Below are positions 20,041 through 27,941 of a DNA stretch of 64,000 nucleotides, piece after piece. This stretch comes from Pseudomonadota bacterium (GTDB taxonomy: Bacteria; Pseudomonadota; Alphaproteobacteria; Micavibrionales; UBA2020), in the NCBI GenBank assembly GCA_021805245.1, contig JAJZFS010000076.1:11663-75662 (forward strand), in the 5' to 3' direction. Below the pieces are notes generated by a model. That model was not told the DNA's origin, did not search any database, and was given only the letters and a program-made list of their open reading frames with translations. Each line of letters begins with the position of its first letter. Positions within the stretch are counted from its first letter, which is position 1. The position numbers were made by a program, and so were the translations under genes.

Positions 20041-21229
20041 GCTTTTGGCCGATGACATTGAAGGGCGCCTCATGGCCGCCGTGGTCAAGGACGGCGTGCC
20101 GGACGATCTTTACGTCGACCCGCCCGCGGGCGTAACGCAGCCGCGCTGGGGCGCGCTCTATCTCGGCAAGGTGACCAAGATTGATACGAAATTGCAGGCC
20201 GCGCTGGTCGATCTCGGCGGGGGGCTGACCGGCTTTTTGCCCGCCAAGCATGTGCGCCTTGCGGGCGCCGACGAATCCGAGACGCGCTCGGGCATCGCCG
20301 AGCTTTTGAAGGGCGGGCAGATGGTTCTCGTGCAGGTCAAGTCCGAAGGACGGACGGGCAGCGCGAACGAAAACGAAAAAATGCCGCGGCTGACGATGAA
20401 GGTTTATATATCGGGGCAGTTTCTCTCCTACACGCCCGCCGCGAAACAAGTGACGATTTCGCACAAGATCGAGAACGAGGAAATTCTCGCGCTGACCGCC
20501 AGGCTGAAAGGAGCGGGCGGCTGGATCGTGCGCAGCCCGATCGAAAAAGCTTCGGGCGAAGAGATCGAAGCCGAAGCCAAACACTTGCAGGACGAATGGC
20601 AGGGCATCCTCGACGCTCAGGAGAAACGGGGAGAAAAACCGGGCTTGCTGAAAGACGGGCCGGATGCCGTTGCGCGCGCGCTCACCGATTACGGCGCCGC
20701 CGCGTTCGAGCATATCTATGCGGGCGACAAGAAAATCCTCGGCCTTATCACCGACTGGTGCGCCGAGCATATGCCCGCGCTGGCGACATCGAAGCGCCTG
20801 AGATTGTTCAAGCCGGAACAGGGCGCGCAAAAACTTTTCGATACGCATGATGTTTACGGCGCGCTTGACGCCTTGAAAGAGAATGTCGTGCCGCTCGATG
20901 GCGGCGCGTCGCTGGTCATCGAGCCGACAACGGCGCTGACGATCATCGACGTCAATCAGGGCAGCGCCGCGAGCCATGCCGCGGCCAATCTCGAGGCCGC
21001 GCCCGCCATCGCCCGTCAATGCCGCCTGCGCAATTTGAGCGGAGTCATCCTTGCCGATTTCATCAATACGGATACGAAAGACGAACGCAACCGCCTGCTC
21101 GAAGCGCTGGAAGCGGCGGTCGGCCGGGACGAGGCCAATACGCAGGTTCACGGTTTCACGCGGCTCGGCATCGTCGAGGTCACCCGCCGCCGCCGCACCG
21201 CCAGCCTTGCTGAAAACCTAGCGAAATAA
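20027..21229 (+). CDS. RNase E/G family ribonuclease (short form)
   Basis: S1-like N-terminus (GALYLGKVTKIDTKLQAALVDLG), LTIIDVNQGS, GFTRLGIVEVTRRR. Confidence 0.8.
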   Translation: MSALELLADDIEGRLMAAVVKDGVPDDLYVDPPAGVTQPRWGALYLGKVTKIDTKLQAALVDLGGGLTGFLPAKHVRLAGADESETRSGIAELLKGGQMVLVQVKSEGRTGSANENEKMPRLTMKVYISGQFLSYTPAAKQVTISHKIENEEILALTARLKGAGGWIVRSPIEKASGEEIEAEAKHLQDEWQGILDAQEKRGEKPGLLKDGPDAVARALTDYGAAAFEHIYAGDKKILGLITDWCAEHMPALATSKRLRLFKPEQGAQKLFDTHDVYGALDALKENVVPLDGGASLVIEPTTALTIIDVNQGSAASHAAANLEAAPAIARQCRLRNLSGVILADFINTDTKDERNRLLEALEAAVGRDEANTQVHGFTRLGIVEVTRRRRTASLAENLAK

Positions 21230-21304
21230 AGCACTTGGCGTCTAAAAAACCGCTGGACATAACCCGCTTTATTGCTTATAAAGTGCTACGCTGTAAAGCA
21301 TTAC

Positions 21305-21380
21305 GCCCAGATAGCTCAGTTGGTAGAGCAGATGACTGAAAATCATCGTGTCGGTGGTTCAAATCCGCCTCTGGGCACCA
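21305..21380 (+). tRNA. tRNA-Phe (anticodon GAA)
   Basis: 76-nt cloverleaf: acceptor GCCCAGA/TCTGGGC, anticodon arm GATGA-CTGAAAA-TCATC, T-arm GGTGG-TTCAAAT-CCGCC, encoded CCA. Confidence 0.95.
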
Positions 21381-21402
21381 TTTTTCCTTCCAAGACAATC
21401 CA
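21356..21402. repeat. attL: tRNA-Phe 3' end plus 22 bp downstream, direct repeat of 32457-32502
   Basis: GGTTC-N5-CGCCTCTGG(G)CACCATTT(T/C)TCCTTCCAAGACAATCCA is shared with the right end. The core of about 37 bp has one indel and one substitution. Confidence 0.75.
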
Positions 21403-21494
21403 ATAAAATCCTAAAAAGATATAAAAAACACAATAAAACAATGACTTAGTGTTTTATAGCGTCCAGTAAGATTTCGTGACATCCGGAACGAAAC

Positions 21495-21529
21495 TGGGTA
21501 CTTTACTGGGTACCTGATAAAAGTACCCA
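21495..21529. repeat. putative integrase arm-type sites (left)
   Basis: TGGGTACTTTACTGGGTACCTGATAAAAGTACCCA: three TGGGTAC/GTACCCA units just upstream of int. A related block lies at 32387-32409. Confidence 0.4.
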
Positions 21530-21541
21530 GCGAGGAATCCC

Positions 21542-22807
21542 ATGCAGCTAACCGAGCTAAACGTTAAAAACGCCAAGCCCAAAGCCAAGATGTACAGGCT
21601 TGCGGACGGTGACGGGCTTTATTTGCAGATAACCCTCAAAGGCGGGAAATATTGGCGCTTCCGCTATTTTTTCGCAGGGCGAGAAAAAATGCTGGCGCTG
21701 GGGACGTATCCGGAAGTTTCCTTGGCCGAGGCGCGGGACAAGCGCCATGAGGCGCGGAAGGCGGTTGCGGCGGGTACAGACCCGGGCGCGGCCAAGCAGG
21801 AAGAAAAACGGCGGGCGGTATTCAATGCCGACAATACCTTTGAGGCAGTGGCCAAGGAATGGTTTGAGAATAACAAGCCCAAATGGACGAAGGAACACGC
21901 CGAGCGGCTATGGCGGCGCATTGAAATCCATCTTGTCGCGGAACTGGGCAAGCGCCCGATAGCCGACATTTCCACGCTGGAACTGCTGAATACGATCAGG
22001 AAGGTTGAAGCCCAGAAAATCACGCGCGGGGATGGGCACCTGAAACGGCGGGGCGGGACGGAAGTTTCGCACCGTGTTTTGCAAACTGCCAGTTCCATTT
22101 TCAATTATGCCATTGTGACAGAGCGTATGACGAATAATCCGGCCTATCCCTTGCGGGATGGCCGCGCCCTGAAACCGCACAAGGCCAAGAATTACCCGAC
22201 GATCACGGCCAAGGAACTTCCGGAGTTTTTGCAACGACTGGACGAGGCAAAAACCAGCTTGCAAAACAAGCTGGCTATCCGGCTTATGCTGTTGACCTTT
22301 ATCCGCACTGGAGAACTGCGGAAATCGACATGGAAAGACGTTGATTTAGAGGCCAAGGAATGGCGGCTTCCGGCGGAAATCACGAAAATGCGGGATGAGC
22401 ACATTGTCCCGCTTTCCAGTCAAGCCGTGGCGCTTTTCAAGGAATTGCATAAAATGAATGGACATCGTGAATTACTGTTTCCGCCGCAGCAACACCGGAA
22501 ACACATGCTTATGAGCGAGAACACGATCAACATGGTGATAAAGCGCATGGGTTACGAAGGAAGGATGGTAGGCCACGGCTTCCGCGCCCTTGCATCTACG
22601 ACATTGAATGAGCTGGGCTATCCGCCGGACGTTATCGAGCGGCAGTTAGCCCATGCCGAGCGCAACAAAATCCGTGCCGCCTATAACCGCGCCGAATATT
22701 TACCCCAGCGCCGGAAGATGATGCAGGAATGGGCGGATTATATCGACAAAATCGCGGCAAGTGGAAACGTGGTGGCCGGAAAATTTGGCAAAAAGGCAAG
22801 GGCTTAA
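21542..22807 (+). CDS. int: tyrosine recombinase/integrase, P4-like with a DUF4102-type N-terminus
   Basis: LTELNVKNAKPKAKMYRLADGDGLYLQI...GGKYWRFRY N-terminus. C-terminal catalytic region with HGFRALASTTL and LAH...AYNRAEY (R..HxxR..Y). Confidence 0.95.
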   Translation: MQLTELNVKNAKPKAKMYRLADGDGLYLQITLKGGKYWRFRYFFAGREKMLALGTYPEVSLAEARDKRHEARKAVAAGTDPGAAKQEEKRRAVFNADNTFEAVAKEWFENNKPKWTKEHAERLWRRIEIHLVAELGKRPIADISTLELLNTIRKVEAQKITRGDGHLKRRGGTEVSHRVLQTASSIFNYAIVTERMTNNPAYPLRDGRALKPHKAKNYPTITAKELPEFLQRLDEAKTSLQNKLAIRLMLLTFIRTGELRKSTWKDVDLEAKEWRLPAEITKMRDEHIVPLSSQAVALFKELHKMNGHRELLFPPQQHRKHMLMSENTINMVIKRMGYEGRMVGHGFRALASTTLNELGYPPDVIERQLAHAERNKIRAAYNRAEYLPQRRKMMQEWADYIDKIAASGNVVAGKFGKKARA

Positions 22808-22809
22808 TT

Positions 22810-23532
22810 GTGGCAAGAATCGCAAAGAAAGATGCCTTTGATAAGGAATATTTCCGGCAGTTTTACGATGCCAAATTTTTTGATACGCTCGCAGAAGAAT
22901 TAAAAATATCTGATCTTAAGATTAAAAGTGAATTGGAAGATTCTGTACTTTCTGCCGCTGTATATTATGAACTAAGTAAAGAGGCAGTTGAGAAAAGTGA
23001 GCCTCCGTACATTGAAAAACAGGCCATTATTGCTTTTGGAGAAGCGCTCAAAAAAACAAGAAAAACATTTAAAGATCTGCAAAAGACAGGGGCATGCACT
23101 TTTAAGTTTCTTTATGGCCTCGTCGATGCCGTGAAAGAAAAGCCTTATGATATTCGCGCAGTAAATATGCTCGAATGTTTCGTGGGTGTGGGGAGAATTT
23201 CTCCGTCTGTTTTAGAAACCTTCTTTGAACTTCTCCATGATTCAACGCAAATTGCAGCAGGAAAAGAAATTAGAACAATACGAAACCGTAGTGATGCTTT
23301 AAATGATTGGGTTGCCAATATCGACTATTTTTGGATTACTTACTGCAATGATGTAGCTCCATTTACGGCTGGCCGTTATAGCGTTTCTGATTCTCAGCAA
23401 AGATCTAAGGCAGTTGAAATTCTTACAAGGATTATCAATGTTATTGACACTTCCGTGACGATGGCACAGATGGTCGAGGCCGTTAAAAAACGAGTGCCGA
23501 TTGCTAAAAAATATTGTAAAACAATAAGTTAG
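22810..23532 (+). CDS. hypothetical protein (island)
   Basis: AT-rich ORF. The GTG at 22810 directly follows the int stop, and the upstream track extension overlaps int. No motifs recognised. Confidence 0.5.
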   Translation: MARIAKKDAFDKEYFRQFYDAKFFDTLAEELKISDLKIKSELEDSVLSAAVYYELSKEAVEKSEPPYIEKQAIIAFGEALKKTRKTFKDLQKTGACTFKFLYGLVDAVKEKPYDIRAVNMLECFVGVGRISPSVLETFFELLHDSTQIAAGKEIRTIRNRSDALNDWVANIDYFWITYCNDVAPFTAGRYSVSDSQQRSKAVEILTRIINVIDTSVTMAQMVEAVKKRVPIAKKYCKTIS

Positions 23533-23637
23533 CTGTGCAGGGAAAATCCTTTCAAAAATTTTAGAAAGATTACTGCCATACGTTTCTCTCAAATTGCTTT
23601 TATCTTCTTGGACGTGAATTAAATTCAAGAGGATGCT

Positions 23638-23865
23638 ATGGAACTTGAAAATAAAAATTACAAAGAACGTATATTGCGCCTGACGGAAGTTAAGGCGCGT
23701 ACTGGCCTGAGCCGCAGCACAATTTATTTGAAGGTTAGCAAAGGCCATTTTCCGCGCCCGGTCAATCTGGGAGAGAGGTGCGTTGGCTGGCTTGAAAGTG
23801 AAATCGACACATGGATTGTAGGCTGTATAGAAAAGAGCCGCCCGTCCATACCCAATACCTCCTGA
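23638..23865 (+). CDS. alpA: AlpA-family transcriptional regulator / excisionase-like
   Basis: RILRLTEVKARTGLSRSTIYLKVSKGHFPRPVNLGERCVGWLESEIDTWI matches the AlpA/Phage_AlpA HTH pattern. An AAGAGGA SD is present. Confidence 0.85.
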   Translation: MELENKNYKERILRLTEVKARTGLSRSTIYLKVSKGHFPRPVNLGERCVGWLESEIDTWIVGCIEKSRPSIPNTS

Positions 23866-23875
23866 AATTTCCAGT

Positions 23876-24047
23876 TTTGCCCTTAACGGGTTGACAGCAC
23901 GTTAAGGGATTTTAAGGGCAAGCCCGATGGTTGTTGATGAAACCTATTGGCGGCCATCGGGTGAGCTTTGCTCATTTTTGCCCTTAAAACAAATGCTGTC
24001 TCTGCGCGAAGCGCATGGTGCGCTTCTCGCATTTGTTCAACCCTTAA
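23876..24047. promoter_or_regulatory. iteron-like TTAAGGG/CCCTTAA repeats plus a GC-rich hairpin (candidate origin or operator)
   Basis: Five copies of the 7-mer at 23880-86, 23902-08, 23912-18, 23981-87 and 24041-47, plus the inverted repeat GCGAAGCGCA-TGG-TGCGCTTCTCGC at about 24005-24029. Confidence 0.35.
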
Positions 24048-24064
24048 TGACAGGAGAATCTATC

Positions 24065-24427
24065 ATGTCAATTATTGGAAATCTAAAACCCGTAAGAAAC
24101 GGTGCTAATGAGGAACTTCATGGAGAAATTAAAACACTCCAATTCTCTGTGAAGGTTCGTCTTGTGCCTGAACTTATAAAAACGAATGACCAGTCGCCGG
24201 ATTATAAAATCTTTGCGTTTGGTTCCACTGGAGAACTCACGGAAATCGGGGCTGCTTGGCAAAAAACCAAGCAAACGCCCGGAGAGCCGGATTTCGAGTT
24301 CCTCAGCATTACGATTGACGACATGTCGTTTCCCAATGCGCTTAACGTCGCAGCTTTCAAAAATAAGCAGGGCGGATGGGATATTACATGGCGTCGCCGT
24401 TTAACAACGGCACAAAGTGCAGCATAG
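24065..24427 (+). CDS. DUF736-family protein
   Basis: MSIIGNLK...LHGEIKTLQFSVKVRLVP......DYKIFA.....EIGAAWQK...G..FLSITIDD.SFP..LNVAAF matches the DUF736 pattern. An AGGAG SD precedes the ATG at 24065. Confidence 0.8.
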   Translation: MSIIGNLKPVRNGANEELHGEIKTLQFSVKVRLVPELIKTNDQSPDYKIFAFGSTGELTEIGAAWQKTKQTPGEPDFEFLSITIDDMSFPNALNVAAFKNKQGGWDITWRRRLTTAQSAA

Positions 24428-24490
24428 ACGAAAGACCCCAGAGCCCCGTCATTGTAACACGGGGCTCTGGGGATACTTTATAGGTGGATA

Positions 24491-25648
24491 ATGGACTTGA
24501 TATATCAAAATTTTGACGGGCTCGATGTTACGTTTCAGGGGATCGTGCCGGAATATATTTTGAAGCAACTGGAAGCGGCACGGCTGGAGGCGGAAACTAA
24601 CCGCCATCCTGTCACGATTAAACTTGGATACGCCAAAATTCCCGTGGCCGTGGCTGAAAGCGGCATGAGGGGCGGATACCGTTACCGTTTTGATACGGGG
24701 CTAGACGGTGAAACATGGTGTATCGCTAACTCGGATGACCCCGAACAATGGAATATCCGGGTGTCTGTGAAAAGTCTTTCCTTGGCATTGCATGGCTATG
24801 AGGGCGTAAAAGAGCGTCTTTACGATATGTTGGAAAAGCTGGGAGCTACTGGCTCAGGGGAAGTAAACCCGAAAACCGGAGAAGTGTACGATTTGCCCAG
24901 AGAGGCTATTAGCCGCGTTGATTATTGTTTTGACTTCAAAACGGATAATTTTGAAATCAAGCCGGAAAATTTAATCGCCCATAGCCGCTGCAAAAAACAA
25001 TATTTATTACCCCAAGAAGTTGTTTCTACGGGGCGGCATATCACTTATTCAAGAATTGGCTCAATGCCAAATAAACAAATTGTTTTATATGATAAAATCC
25101 GTGAAATTCAGGAGAAAAACAAGGTTTTTTGGTGGCGGATATGGGGAATTGAAAAAAATAATTTTTCTCAAAAAATATTCCGGCTTGAAGTCCGCGCCGG
25201 AAAGAAGGAATTAAAAAATTGGAATTTGCGGACATTTGAGGATTTTGAAGAAAAAATAGGGGATTTGATTTTAACAATCCTCAAAGAAATAAAATATGTT
25301 GAGCCAAATTTAAACGATAAAAATATGGGGCGTTGGCCTTTGGCTGATTTTTGGCGAAAAGCCCAAAAAGCGGCAAAAGATACCCTTAAAAAATATATTT
25401 CCAATGCAAAAAGAAAATCCGTGGTGGAAGAATATAAAAATATTCTTATTGAGCGCTATAAAAAACAAATTTCCGGCATGCTTCCGGCCTATTCCGCGAT
25501 TATCGGTAAAGATGATGTGGCTCAAATACCCGGGGTATTGGAGGATTTGGCGAATGAGATTTCTCAGCAACCCAAGAAAAATAAATCAAAAATGCAGAGA
25601 AAAATAAAAAAGGCTCAGAATAAATTTATTTTTTTGGACGAAAAATAA
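24491..25648 (+). CDS. replication initiation protein (Rep_trans/phage CRI-like)
   Basis: Pattern recalled for Rep_trans: N-terminal FDGLDVTF, ISRVDYCFDF, ITYSRIGS...IVLYDKIREI, FRLEVRAGKKEL. Assigned from memory, not a profile search. Confidence 0.55.
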   Translation: MDLIYQNFDGLDVTFQGIVPEYILKQLEAARLEAETNRHPVTIKLGYAKIPVAVAESGMRGGYRYRFDTGLDGETWCIANSDDPEQWNIRVSVKSLSLALHGYEGVKERLYDMLEKLGATGSGEVNPKTGEVYDLPREAISRVDYCFDFKTDNFEIKPENLIAHSRCKKQYLLPQEVVSTGRHITYSRIGSMPNKQIVLYDKIREIQEKNKVFWWRIWGIEKNNFSQKIFRLEVRAGKKELKNWNLRTFEDFEEKIGDLILTILKEIKYVEPNLNDKNMGRWPLADFWRKAQKAAKDTLKKYISNAKRKSVVEEYKNILIERYKKQISGMLPAYSAIIGKDDVAQIPGVLEDLANEISQQPKKNKSKMQRKIKKAQNKFIFLDEK

Positions 25649-25664
25649 CAACGCTAGAAATATT

Positions 25665-26879
25665 CTATTCTTCTGGCCATTCAAATTTTGAATATTTTTT
25701 ATTTATCTCAAGAAATATATCTGCAAGAATTTCTAATTCATTTTCGGAATTTTTCTTTAGAAATTTAATCGTCGCATTTTGGCATTTTCTAAGAAGGTGA
25801 GTTTTTTTAAGGTTTTTATATTCATCGTAACAAATGTCTCCATATAAAGTATTCTCCGACCAACACCCCCATGTTTTTTGATGAGGGCTGTCAATTAATT
25901 CAAAGAAAAGATCGTGGAATTTGAACCGATGTTTAAAGTCTTTTAGTTTGGAGTAATGTAACTCCATTTCGCCATGTATAGAATTTAGTATGAGGATTTT
26001 GAGCAGGGACAAAGAAAGGGCTGTATTTTTATTTTGCGTTTTTCTTTTGTTTTTTGTTTGCCATGCCTTGTCGCAAGCTAAAATGCTTAATAATTTGATG
26101 ACGTTTAAAACTTTCGGTAAGACATCAACGCCTTGGGTAACGGGATAATCAGAATCTAACATTTCTTCTAAATTATAATTTTCTGCATTCTTTTCTAGGG
26201 TTTGATCAATCCATGAAAGAAATGGTGCGGCATTATATGAATCTAAATATTCTTGTTTCCTTCTATCGGATATTTTTTTTCTTGGCTCGTTTAATGTTTT
26301 TAGAAATTTTTTCTGCCTTGATACGAATTCTTTCCCCTTCTCTTTTTGAAGTAACTTCCATATGAAGCTAACATCATGATCAAGCTTTCTATTGTTGCAT
26401 TTGGGGCATGCAAGAAAAATGTTGTCGGGCCATTCTGTCCCTGAATTGGAAAGGGGAATGATATGTTCTATATCAAAGCATTTTTTGCCCTTGCTATTAG
26501 TTAATGGGGCATTGCAATAAGCACAGTTTCCAGCTTGTAGCTCAAATAGTAATTCTATGTCTGTTTTTGTATAGAAACCTTCGGCCATTCGTTCTCTGAC
26601 ATGTCTCATTTTTGAGTGAACGGCTCTATTTTCTCTTTTTATGATGGCGTTTATTTCTTCACGCATGGAATAGGGGGCAATGAGAGATGTTTCCTTTCCA
26701 CAAGAAGGGCATTCATCCTCTGGGACAAATTCAGACTTACAGTATTGGCAAACGGTATTCTTTTTTAACCACGCAACGGTTTTTGGTTTGAGGTCGGAGA
26801 ATGCATGCGGAGGTTTGTTGGATAAGCGGTCAAACCTAATAAGGCATCCCGTTATCCCTTCGCTACAGAAAAGAGACAT
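25665..26879 (-). CDS. HNH endonuclease domain protein with an N-terminal zinc ribbon and an unknown C-terminal half
   Basis: CQYCKSEF..EDECPSCG (CxxC...CxxC). The HNH core is CAYCNAPL...FDIEHIIPLSNSGTEWPDNIFLACPKCNNRK. A GGGAGG SD lies 5 nt upstream of the ATG. Confidence 0.8.
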   Translation of the reverse strand: MSLFCSEGITGCLIRFDRLSNKPPHAFSDLKPKTVAWLKKNTVCQYCKSEFVPEDECPSCGKETSLIAPYSMREEINAIIKRENRAVHSKMRHVRERMAEGFYTKTDIELLFELQAGNCAYCNAPLTNSKGKKCFDIEHIIPLSNSGTEWPDNIFLACPKCNNRKLDHDVSFIWKLLQKEKGKEFVSRQKKFLKTLNEPRKKISDRRKQEYLDSYNAAPFLSWIDQTLEKNAENYNLEEMLDSDYPVTQGVDVLPKVLNVIKLLSILACDKAWQTKNKRKTQNKNTALSLSLLKILILNSIHGEMELHYSKLKDFKHRFKFHDLFFELIDSPHQKTWGCWSENTLYGDICYDEYKNLKKTHLLRKCQNATIKFLKKNSENELEILADIFLEINKKYSKFEWPEE

Positions 26880-26891
26880 GTGGCCTCCCGC

Positions 26892-26929
26892 ATAAGCAAA
26901 AGGTCACCAGAGCGAATTCTCTGGTGACC
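26892..26929 (-). terminator. intrinsic-terminator-like hairpin about 20 nt upstream of the HNH start
   Basis: The minus strand reads GGUCACCAGAG-AAUUCG-CUCUGGUGACC (perfect 11-bp stem) followed by UUUUGCUUAU. Confidence 0.45.
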
Positions 26930-27095
26930 GGGAGTTAAGAAGCTGTAGCAATACAGCCGCGACGGCCTTTAGCCGTGAGGCTTGGACATACGCCGCCGCC
27001 TCCCGGCCATAAGGTCGAGAAGCGGCGTGATGACGGACACGCCACCGATTGCTACGGGGTTCTTAAGTCCCGAGAGCACCGTTAAGTACTCTATG
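26892..27095 (-). ncRNA. candidate structured RNA (leader/riboswitch-like or stand-alone sRNA), class unknown
   Basis: A GC-rich ~200-nt block in the AT-rich island. A 14-bp long-range helix (26930-43 with 27058-71) encloses several perfect hairpins and is followed immediately by the terminator hairpin. A TATAAT lies at 27102-27107 on the minus strand. Confidence 0.4.
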
Positions 27096-27100
27096 GATGA

Positions 27101-27112
27101 AATTATATAATT
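27101..27112. promoter_or_regulatory. palindromic AATTATATAATT giving back-to-back TATAAT -10 boxes
   Basis: TATAAT reads on the minus strand at 27107-27102 (toward the RNA and HNH gene) and on the plus strand at 27106-27111 (toward the 27160 ORF). Confidence 0.3.
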
Positions 27113-27159
27113 ATGATAAGAAGGGCAATATCTATAACGTGACTAAGAGGATTATCGGC

Positions 27160-27846
27160 ATGTCTCGCAAGGCTCTATCCATAATTTCAACTGTAACGCA
27201 AGATATAATGGCCTCTCATGGCATCCCCGGAGGCGCAACAGTTGGGCATCTTTTTTCTGCTTACCAAGCCAACAGGGAGCAAGCTGGGCGTGAAATTCTA
27301 ATGAAGAGGCTGGAAGAGGCAGAAGTTGATGCTTATGAGGTCGCCAGCCAAGATGAACTTATCGGAGTTGTATACTCATACATGCTTTGTGCAAGTAAGG
27401 GGGCGGCTCGCATAAATCTTGATCTTTTGGCTCAAGCTATTGCCGGAGAAATGAAAGGCGATGGTATTTATCCCGACAAATTTCACAAATATATAAATAT
27501 TCTTTCATCTCTGACTAGAGATGAAATTTTGGTCATTGGCACATACATTAGCTGTTACAACAAGGTCTCTATGGAGATCAAAAAAGCAAGAGAAGGAAAT
27601 CTAAATTATCCTAACAATATTAAGCATGGTGCATGGAACCGAATGATATACGAATTATCCCCTTCAACATTTCCGACACGGGAACATGTAGAAGTAATTT
27701 GTGGGAGTTTGATTAGAACTGGACTTACCACAGCATTGCCACCAGCAATAGGGAATCCGATGAGTCATGGATTTACTGTTCTTTTGGATGAAATTTCTAG
27801 CCTTATAGATTTTGAAAGGGCTTACAGAGACTATCCTAAATATTAA
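27160..27846 (+). CDS. hypothetical protein (island cargo, divergent from the HNH gene)
   Basis: 228 aa from the ATG at 27160, with an AAGAGGA SD 8 nt upstream. The track start at 27097 lacks an SD. No motifs recognised. Confidence 0.55.
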   Translation: MSRKALSIISTVTQDIMASHGIPGGATVGHLFSAYQANREQAGREILMKRLEEAEVDAYEVASQDELIGVVYSYMLCASKGAARINLDLLAQAIAGEMKGDGIYPDKFHKYINILSSLTRDEILVIGTYISCYNKVSMEIKKAREGNLNYPNNIKHGAWNRMIYELSPSTFPTREHVEVICGSLIRTGLTTALPPAIGNPMSHGFTVLLDEISSLIDFERAYRDYPKY

Positions 27847-27941
27847 AGAGAAAGTGCGTATAGAAAAGCTATCCTTCAATGCCATGATGTTTTATTACCC
27901 TGCAAATTATTGAAAAAATTCTGCTATCAAACCTTGGTGAA

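Noticed and set aside
23927-24064. N-terminal extension of the DUF736 ORF
   Set aside because: The conserved DUF736 sequence starts at MSIIGNL (24065) with its own AGGAG SD. The extension covers the iteron and hairpin region.
27057-27080. tRNA-like T-arm (GGGGTTCTTAAGTCCC followed by GAGAGCACC)
   Set aside because: There is no matching acceptor 5' strand, D-arm or anticodon arm. The segment is better explained as the 3' strand of the long-range helix of the structured element.
26892-27095. Possibility that the structured element is a HEARO/IscB omega-RNA
   Set aside because: The adjacent HNH protein shows no RuvC-like segments or IscB-type architecture, only a zinc ribbon plus a simple HNH core. 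I therefore keep the RNA as an unknown class.
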